Assembly (NCBI RefSeq): GCF_964204645.1
Contig: NC_134034.1
Span: 62,001 to 126,000, forward strand
Direction: 5' to 3'
Source: Tubulanus polymorphus
Lineage: Eukaryota; Animalia; Nemertea
Length of the DNA stretch: 64,000 nucleotides
The translations under genes were made by a program, and so were the position numbers. This document shows, piece after piece, positions 54,570 to 64,000 of the stretch (positions within the stretch are counted from its first letter, which is position 1; each line of letters opens with the position of its first letter). The notes below the pieces were generated by a model. The model saw only the letters and a list, made by a program, of their open reading frames with translations. It did no database searches and was not told the DNA's origin.

Positions 54570-54794
54570 CTCCCTTCCTCCCTCCCCCTTCCCTCTCCTC
54601 TCCCTCCCTCCCTCTCTTTCTCTCTCTCTCTCCCTCTCTCTGCTCTCACTCTCTCTCCGATATCCGAAGAGAATGTCGCCGTTAATTGATACTAATTGGT
54701 TTGATTGAGAGATTTAATTAACGTCTGTTCAGGCGAAACATCTGAAACAAAGTCAAGGCCACGCACACACTACTCTATCTATCTAACTGCCAGT

Positions 54795-55090
54795 TAATAC
54801 CCAGCCCTAAACCATCCTCTCCCGACTGGAACCCAGCCCTAACCATCCTCTCCCGGCAGTAACCCAACCCTAACCATCCTCTCCCGACTGGAACCCAGCC
54901 CTAACCATCCTCTCCCGGCAGTAACCCAACCCTAACCATCCTCTCCCGGCAGTAACCCAGCCCTAACCATCCTCTCCCGTCTGGAACCCAGCCCTAACCA
55001 TCCTCTCCCGGCAGTAACCCAGCCCTAACCATCCTCTCCCGGCAGTAACTCAGCCCTAACCATCCTCTCCCGACTGGAACCCAGCCTGCT
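54795..55090. repeat. 31-bp minisatellite (~9 copies) containing a ccctaacc telomere-like motif
   Basis: Unit aaccca(g/a)ccctaaccatcctctcccg(gcagt/actgg). Confidence 0.93.
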
Positions 55091-56289
55091 CCAGATATCA
55101 GCCGGCCCTAGACTCCAGCCCGCTCCAGATATAAACCTGCGCTGGTTATGTGTCAATGTTTCCTTGAGTCGCTCTGGAAATGGCTGATATTTGATATATA
55201 TATATATAATACAACACCACCACCACGTGACCTCGGGTTGTAAAATGACACTGAATCTCACGCAGTACTGATAGCAGCTCTCCCTCCCCCTCCCCTCCCT
55301 CCCTCCCTCCCTCCCCTCCCTCCCTCCCTCCCTCCCTCTCTCCCTCTCTGTAACCGCAGTAACCGCAGGCTGTATTGAATATTGGTTGATGTTGGCGACT
55401 GATCGTATTTGCTACCGATCAGAAAATATAATCTGTATCTACGTATGGCGTACAGCACGGGGGGGGGGGGGGTAGGGTGCGGGAGGAGGGGGGTAGGGTG
55501 CGGGAACTCCCCTCACAGCCATGGCGACACCTAGCGAGTAGAACATACACTAGATGTATTGGAGAAGCACGTCACTGATATAGTAAAGGATTCGTATTGA
55601 TAAACACAATAAATGATGCGATTGTGATTCCTCCTGATAGTGACGGCAATGTTTCAAACTCATCTCATTAATTGTGCGTGATCTGCTAACGACGCTATCC
55701 ACTTCCTTCCGCTCTGTCGCAGCCGACTGCCGTGTCGTACCTTCAGTTTGACCTTGTTCAACGTGACCGGATACACCCTACTTCCGTTCCACGCGCACTT
55801 TGCTGAACTTCAAACGTTGTTTGATGTAGCGAGTAGGAGAAAAACGCCACCTGTCCACGATATCTGGAACTTTAAATGGTGGGATTGATTACCGGAAACA
55901 AGGTAGATATCCCATAACATTTAAAAACTGGGTTCATAAGCTGTGCAGCTGTTTTAATGTGCTGAGAACACGCGAGGTGGAGCTACTGGATACAAATCGT
56001 CCATTGATCAGACGTTTTGTCATCGACGTTCAAGGCTCGTGCCGGATGTCGCTTAGCTTCATCACTTCCGGTAAGTCGCCGGTTGTCGCGAGCCGTTGAA
56101 TATCGAATGTCGTAAATTGAATATCGTTAGACGGATGGACGGACGCAGATGTTCAATTAGCAGACGATATTGTCCCGGATTGACGATACTAGTCTGGGTA
56201 GAAGACGTTTAGATTTAATTACATCAATTAACATCGGTTTAAATTCATTATTATGGATCAAATAGGGCCTCAGTGACCGAGGGAGGGAG

Positions 56290-56525
56290 AGAGAGGAGAG
56301 AGGAGAGAGGAGAGAGGAGAGAGGAGAGAGGAGAGAGGAGAGAGGAGAGAGGAGAGAGGAGAGAGGAGAGAGGAGAGAGGAGAGAGGAGAGAGGAGAGAG
56401 GAGAGAGGAGAGAGGAGAGAGGAGAGAGGAGAGAGGAGAGAGGAGAGAGGAGAGGAGAGAGGAGAGAGGAGAGAGGAGAGAGGAGAGAGGAGAGAGGAGA
56501 GAGGAGAGAGGAGAGAGGAGAGAGG
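56290..56525. repeat. (GAGAGGA)n repeat
   Basis: Direct reading. Confidence 0.95.
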
Positions 56526-57587
56526 AACTTCTCCATGCCTTTTCTAGGAATAAAAATGCTATTATCTCAGATATAGTTACAGCGATTTCAACAATTCAAA
56601 CGTTGATGAATTCAATCAATTCAAAGGCGCAGTGTTCAATATCACAGCGAGGTCCGATACATGCGAGTGAGGCTGTCGAGTTTAATACGATTAACGCTTC
56701 ATTTGAAAATTTAAAAATAACGATCGATAACTGACGCACTGCAGCGAATTTAATCTATAATCAAATCAGGTTCGAATCCCGCATTTAATTTTCCGGTCTG
56801 ATTCGCAGCTGTTTCTGATTCTGCGCAGATGGAAATCTGTTTGTGTTTGTTGATTCCGAATTGAATGTTTTTGAATGATTTAAACTAAAAGTAGCGATTC
56901 GCATTTCACTGACGCGCGGTAGAGAGGCTTCAAATATCGATTAAGCCGTCTTTTCCATGTGGAGCCGTACAATAGTGTTATCCGCTCCGAACAAAAGTGC
57001 CATCCATTGCGATCAAGTGACAGCAATCTGAACACTGTGAACTTGTGACGACAATCTTTAGAATTCCGGGATCATTTTAGATGGATTTTTATCATATCAA
57101 ATTCATGGCTGGTTTAGGAGATTAAAAAAAACTTCAATAATGAGCTTTGCTGTGGGATTTATTACCTCTAGGGGGCGCTAAGCTACATTTTAATTATTCG
57201 CTTATTTCTTTCTATGACGTCTCCGTGAATCGGGCTCTGATGTACTTGAAAGATCCATCAGTTGTCTAAAATTCCGATGATCAATGACGACCATATCGAG
57301 GCTTGACTATTGCGCAATCATATCTGTCTGAAAAGTTTCAATTTTGTTTCCGGTTCAGACGGTTTTATCAGCGACGCGGTTCACGACGTCTTCAGACACG
57401 ACGCCGAGTACCGCAGCGTTCCGGCGCCAACACCGCGTTTTAGAGAAATCTAATTAACACAAATCCGGAAATGAGACAAAACCATCACGGATTACGACGC
57501 AAACGAGGCTCGTGAAAAAACGCCCTGATTGATGAGTTCGGGTCACGTGGGTTCAATCTCAAAATACCTCATTCGATACTGATTTAT

Positions 57588-57875
<288 letters not shown>

Positions 57876-59091
57876 TCCGAGATGTTCGGCACAACTTTGA
57901 TGGAACTGGATGGAAATTTTTCAGGACGTCCGTTGAATTTATTGTGAGATAAATTCAAATTACCGAATACCCAGAAGTCTGTGCGGTCCTCGTCTGTCAT
58001 CGAACGCGTCTCTCGGGTCTGATTGCTAAACTTATAATTGACGGAAATGGCCGAATAACGCCGAAAAGTACCGAATGACCTAAATGAATACTTGATGACG
58101 TCATTCTTATCCGAATATTACCGATTATCACCAATAATTATGGATTATTCACGGAGATTACCGACTTTTACCGAACATAACCGATTGTTCACGAAAATTA
58201 CCGAGTGTAAGCACGTTTTAGGTCGAACACGCTTTGAATACGCGATGACGTCATCGTTCCGTCTGGTAGAGACGCGCGTCACGTGTTCACTAACCAGACG
58301 CATTTATCTAGATGAAGTAGTTTGGATTTTTTTCGGGGGTGGTAGGGTGATCAGCGCTCCCCGAGGAGGAGATCTCATCTGCTGTAGACTGGATTACAGT
58401 CTGTTCGACACGTATGAACATTCTGACCACGTGCCACAGCCGCCATCGCGTAACACTAAAATATGGTTTTTTTCCAATAATACACGAATAAAGCCAGAAA
58501 GAGTCCCGCAGAGACAGTCTGATATATGTGTCGTGTCTAATCATTAAACAAGAGAGAAGAACTTGGGGGGGGGGGCTAGAGAGAGAGAGAGAGAGAGAGA
58601 GAGGGGAGAGTGAGAGGGAGAGGGGGGACTAGAGACACTGCTGCTTCTGCTGCTGCTGCTGCCGCTGCCGCTACCGCTGCTGCTGCCGCTGCCGTTGTTG
58701 ATCGCTTGAATAATTCATATGCTAAATTATTTAAACAGGCTGGGCGTATTTTGAGTGGCCCAGTGCGACCCCTCGTATGTCATCGATCACATGGGACCAC
58801 GTGACATGGACTCCACAGCTCAGTTACATCATTGCACGAAGTCACAAGAAGTTTTTTTTCGCTACCTCGGAAAAACCTAAGACGTTTTTGTCCACAAACT
58901 GCGGCACAGAGCTAACTTACAAACTGCAACGTGTCTTATTACATTTACAACGAAACCGATCAGAGAGGGGAGAGAGAGAGGGGAGAGAGAGTGAGAGGGA
59001 GGAGAGTGAGAAGAGAGAGAGAGGGATATGTAGATAGTGAGATGAACTGGAGAACAAGGGGAAATGGTAAGATAGTGTGAGATATGCAGCT

Positions 59092-59125
<34 letters not shown>

Positions 59126-59574
59126 CAGACAGCAGCAGCACCAGCAGCAGTGTCAGCACCAGACGCAGCAGCCTCAGCGGGACCAGGACGATGTCAATAT
59201 GTTTAGGTTTATATATAAAGGAGAACTCACCAGTGATTACAGATTAACCACTGCCGCTCAATGCGTCCAATCTTTTTCAGTAAGATCTAATTTTCTGACC
59301 TGTCAGGTTCGATATTAAACCCCGAGGCCACAGTGAACTCCAGACACCCGCAATTATTGTTACTTCTTCACGACATTACGCGCAAGAAGCCGTCAGTTTT
59401 ATTACGAGATTTCTACTGATTCCGGAGTAGAATTCGTTCTGTTCGTCCTCTACTCGTGACACATAAATGAACAATATCTTCATAAAAAAACGGGGATGGT
59501 TGAATCGGGGCGTAAAAAAACATACGAAATAGCCTCAAACGCGGTCGCTCGCAAAACAACATCTGTCTCTAGGT

Positions 59575-60330
59575 CATCGCTAACCCTAACCCTAGGTCGG
59601 CCATAACCCTAACCCTAGCTCCAACTAAATCCCAACCCTTCTCGGACTCGAACCTGTGGCCTTCAGCATACCAGCCGAGCATTCTAACCACTAGACCATA
59701 GACCAGTAGTGATTGACAATGTTTATAAGTTTGTGTGATCAGTGTGGTGACTGGTGACCAGTCAGTAAGGTGACTGGTGACCAGTCAGTGAGGTTACTGG
59801 TGACCAGTCAGTGAGGTGACTTGTGACCAGTCAGTGAGGTTACTGGTGACCAGTCAGTGAGGTGACTGGTGACCAGTCAGTGGGGTGACTGGTGACCAGT
59901 CAGTGAGGTGACTGGTGACCAGTCAGTGAGGTTAGGGTTAGGGTGACCAGTCAGTGAGGTGACTGGTGACCAGTCAGTGAGGTGACTGGTGACCAGTCAG
60001 TGAGGTTACTGGTGACCAGTCAGTGAGGTGACTGGTGACCAGTCAGTGAGGTTACTGGTGACCAGTCAGTGAGGTTACTGGAGACCAGTCAGTGAGGTTA
60101 CTGGTGACCAGTCACCACACTGACTGGTGACCAGTCACCTCACTGACTGGTGACCAGTCAGTGAGGTTACTGGAGACCAGTCAGTGAGGTTACTGGTGAC
60201 CAGTCAGTGAGGTGACTGGTGACCAGTCAGTGAGGTTACTGGTGACCAGTCAGTGAGGTTACTGGTGACCAGTCAGTGAGGTGACTGGTGACCAGTCAGT
60301 GAGGTGACTGGTGACCAGTCAGTGAGGTCT
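59575..60330 (-). mobile_element. Composite tRNA-like/TTAGGG/palindromic-array element, copy 3, with expanded 23-bp array (~25 units)
   Basis: Minus strand TGGTCTAGTGGTTAGAATGCTCGGCTGGTATGCTGAAGGCCACAGGTTCGAGTCC, then TTAGGG blocks. Array unit tgactggtgaccagtca+gtgagg spans 59740-60330. Confidence 0.75.
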
Positions 60331-62679
60331 CGTTCGTGACCAGAAGGGACTTTCAATACGTGAGTTTGGTTCCATGTATTATATTTCAGTATGTTTGAGG
60401 GTAACATTAAAGCGCATTTAATCATTGGTTGGACTGATATCTGACTGATATCTGACTGATATCACGACCAACTGAAATCCCTCGCCACCGATTTACCGCC
60501 TCTAAACTGCCCATTCACTTTATACAAAATGGTGAATTAATCCGCCATGTTGATTGTTTCATTAAGTAGCAGGCGGTAATTATTGCGACGATACTACCGA
60601 CGATAGAACTGTGGAACTGGGTCCCAAACTGTGGAAATGGGTCCCAAACTGTGGAAATGGGTCCTGAACTGTGGAGCTGGGTACAGTACTGTGGAACTGA
60701 ATCGGTTTTAAAGTAAGGGAAATAAGGACATTTTCAGCGCTGATTTGAATTGATTTGAACTGATTTAATTAATTTCAATTACGCATCACAATCCGAACGA
60801 TAGTAAATTATCTCTCTCTCTCTCTCTTCTTTCTTCTTTCTTCTTTTCTCTCTTTTCTTATTTCAATTTCGTGACATTTAATCACGGATTGAGAATTTAC
60901 TCGCGTGTAAAGTGAAATTAGATTCTTACTCGTGGAACACGAGACCGGTTTCTATTTTTCGCTTGATCAGACAGACGATCAGCATCATGAGATAAGAGGG
61001 ATAGATAAGAGGGATAGATAAGAGAGGGATAGATAAGAGAGGGGTAGATAAGAGGAAGAGGGATAGAATGCGAACAATGGAGGTAAAAATAAGAAGTAGA
61101 TCGAATCGAATCGTGTGATTATTAGTGAAAAACTGGATCAAACGTCTTTAATTCTTTATCTTCATATTTCAATGAAATGCATCAGATTAATTTTCCCTTA
61201 GGAGTAAAAAGAGAGAGGAGAGAGAGACTGGGAGAGAGGAGAGACTGGGAGTGGGGAAGAGGGGAGAGGAGAGAGAGTGGGAGAGAGGAGAGAGAGAGGA
61301 GAGTGAGACTTGTTCTCGTGTTCGTGACATTTTATTTTTCCTATGACGTTGTAATTGTTTGTTTTTTTTTCTATCTATCACGTGACCGGCGTGTTTGTAT
61401 AGATTGTTTACCCGCGTGTAGGGTAGAACGGGCACCTGCTGGAGAGGAGGGGCACCTGCTCGTGACTCTAATTCCACGCCGGATTATCTAAATACACATA
61501 CACACACGGCGAACTGGATTAAGCGAGTAAAATGCTAACGGGTATTTTCTCAGTGACTGTGTAGCTGACTGCGGCAGGCGAGTACGGTATTTAAAAACAT
61601 CTCTTCTTTCTCGACGTTTCGTATTCGGGTCGCTCATTTCCATAGTGATTCTATTTTTTATTTATCCCGTGGATTAAATTAAATCCTGGAGTATAGATAA
61701 TGGGGTGTGATCGTTAAGTGGTCGATGTAGCGCGTGTCGTGTGAATTTATCTTTCTCGGTTATTGATTCTATTTCTGTCGCAGACCATAACGAGTACTGC
61801 ACGTTCGCGCATGCGCAATCGCGCTCCACGCATTCGTCATTTTTCTAGTTTCAAAAATTTGATATGAGAAGGAAATTCAACCGTACAACTAGCGACACCT
61901 GCCGGACCTTCTCTTGTCCAAGAAATCGATATCTTTCTGCGCATTAGCGACACCTGGTGAATCTTAGTTTTCCAGTGGGTCGGATAGCTCAGTCGTAAGG
62001 GATAATACTGTCAAGGTTGAAGGTTTGGTAATTTTTGGGATGGGTGACTCCGAGTAGAGTGGGATGGATTGCTCCGAGTAGAGTGGGATGTGAAGTTTGT
62101 ATAGACAGCTTACTAGAAGCTTACCGCATACGAAGAGTGAGTTGTTTTATCCCAGATTATCGAAATCCTTCATTTCTAGTTTTCTGGTGAAAAAAAAACT
62201 ACTCAAGATTTCCAGGAAAAATCGCGGATAAGAATTCGAGAAAAATATCCCTGTCGTTTCAAATCGTGCGGCTTTTATTGGAAACAAATCGAGTTCGAAT
62301 CTGGGGATAGAATGGCTGAAATGTTTGCTGTAAAAAACGCGAAGCAACTTCTAATAAGAGTGTTCCCGACGATTCTAATGTGTGTTCCCGGCGTTTCTGA
62401 GAAAATGGTTTTTTAAACGCGTCACGAGACGAGTGCAAAACAATATCATCCAGGGTCTCTTCACAATACAACAGACTAAAGTCGTAAAACGCACGAATCG
62501 TTACTCGTAAATCGTATGTCTAATCACCGCGTTAAGAATCGAAATCTTCGACGAGTTTAAATTCGTTTTAGAAACTCGTAATTAAACAGGGTGAAAAACA
62601 TGTCCGCCTCTATAATACACATCATAACAAACCGACCGGCATTAGCGGAACTTCTTATTCGAGCATCTTTGCAGCCACA

Positions 62680-62802
62680 GTTCCCGGAGACACCCACTAT
62701 GGTTGTCAAAGCCCCAAAGTTCCCGGAGACACCCACTTTTGTTGTCAAAGCCCCAATGTTCCCGGAGACACCCACTTTTGTATTCAAAGCCCCAAAGTTC
62801 CC
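62680..62802. repeat. 39-bp tandem repeat (~3 copies)
   Basis: Unit gttcccggagacacccacttttgttgtcaaagccccaaa. Confidence 0.9.
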
Positions 62803-63002
62803 GCAGATGTGATTGTGAAATGAACAATGACTGCTGTTTCCCCCGCGGCGGTGCGGTGGCACAGCAGCGGATAATAATGGATTCCGATACAGGAAACTAC
62901 GGTTACTTCACTCTATGATTATCGCAACCCGGATAAATAACTAGGTGTGACACATATTGACGTGACGTCGACACGCCCAGTCGACACGCCCACCGTGTAG
63001 CA

Positions 63003-63550
63003 ATTCCCCCTATGACATCATAACCGCTGATCTAACGAAACTAATTCAGGAAACACGTTGTTAGTGATATCTCTTGTGTCTAGCTAGTTTAATGACATCC
63101 ACCTATGACGTCACTAGTGCTAATTGTTACGGAGTTTGGTGGAGTCTACTGTCAAGTCGCGACTCGAAGCTTCTGAAAGAAAGTAGCGTTAAATCCCTGG
63201 AGGTTGATGAAACTCTATCCAAACCCATTAGTCTCCCTTACACAACCACATACCAATACTACTCCTTCACATAATCTGATGATGTCATAGGGGGATTTAT
63301 AGAGGCGGACATCTATCCTAGAAGTGTTTATAGCTCGAATTACATAGTAGACAATTCGATGATGTCATAGGGAGTTTTATGGAGGCGGACATCTTTTCTA
63401 TAAGTGTCTATAGATCAAATCACTAGTAGACAATTCGATGATGTCATAGGGAGTTTTATGGAGGCGGACATCTTTTCTATAAGTGTCTATAGATACAATC
63501 ACTAGTAGACAATTTGATGATGTCATAGGGTGATTTACGGAGGCGGATAC
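63003..63550. repeat. Cluster of the tgatgtcatagggg family: one inverted copy plus a ~80-bp tandem (4 copies)
   Basis: attccccctatgacatca at ~63003; gatgatgtcataggg...gaggcggacatc at ~63278, 63358, 63437 and 63516. Confidence 0.85.
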
Positions 63551-63816
63551 TAATTCTTCAATTGATACGGCATATGACGTCATTGTCGTCTTGCGGCTAA
63601 AAATAGCCACTAATAAGATATTCATAGAATGAACGATCTTTCAGTTCATCATCAAACCTCAACCCACTGATAATTGACGGGCTTAGTTAACAGTGTGGAA
63701 CGGTTTAAAATGGTGGCTGGAACACTGGTGAGTTTAACCGTACCGGAGCTGACACCTAATACCGCATTAAGGCGACTGGATTGCCGACAATTACCAGCGC
63801 ACAGTCGCGCGATCGA

Positions 63817-63852
<36 letters not shown>

Positions 63853-63898
63853 GCTTATAGAGATCGAGCTTTAATTGCTTTCTTTAACCATACAACAA

Positions 63899-63930
<32 letters not shown>

Positions 63931-64000
63931 TTGGATATGATACCACTGTCTCGTTCTACCTCTATAATTCCCCCTATGACATCACCGAACTGTCTATTTG

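Noticed and set aside
58739-58830. Candidate second GPCR exon (aacag|G WAYFEWPSATPRMSSITWDHVTW)
   Set aside because: Contains TWD but lacks the conserved cysteines of a class B ectodomain and has no clear donor.
61975-62030. tRNA-like start ggatagctcagtcg
   Set aside because: A-box only; no B box or cloverleaf follows.

Overview
Eukaryotic (animal, probably lophotrochozoan invertebrate) genomic DNA, not prokaryotic. It has GT-AG introns, very many micro- and minisatellites, and no CRISPR, rRNA or transposase ORFs. The first ~19.3 kb is a compact cluster of six spliced genes reconstructed by hand: the 3' end of a GPI-anchored Ig-domain (lachesin/IgLON-like) gene (+), a 4-EF-hand calmodulin-like gene (-), a small secreted ricin-B/beta-trefoil-like protein (-), a divergent gamma-glutamyl hydrolase (peptidase C26) (-), FAN1 nuclease (-) and ARL6IP6 (+, head-to-head with FAN1). 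The remaining ~45 kb is almost all non-coding: candidate 5'UTR exons and promoters, >20 tandem arrays, and one convincing coding exon (51992-52211) resembling the N-terminus of a class B (secretin/calcitonin-type) GPCR. Most long ORFs in the track are repeat artefacts. Notable observations: (1) a 3-copy composite element joining TTAGGG repeats, a tRNA-like Pol III A/B-box head and an expandable palindromic 23-bp array with flipped spacers; (2) minisatellites built from authentic splice junctions; (3) a FAN1 with no visible UBZ but with the SPYF MLH1-binding motif and coding repeats, while CAG/CTG tracts sit in exons of three adjacent genes; (4) an apparently orphan secreted beta-trefoil protein.
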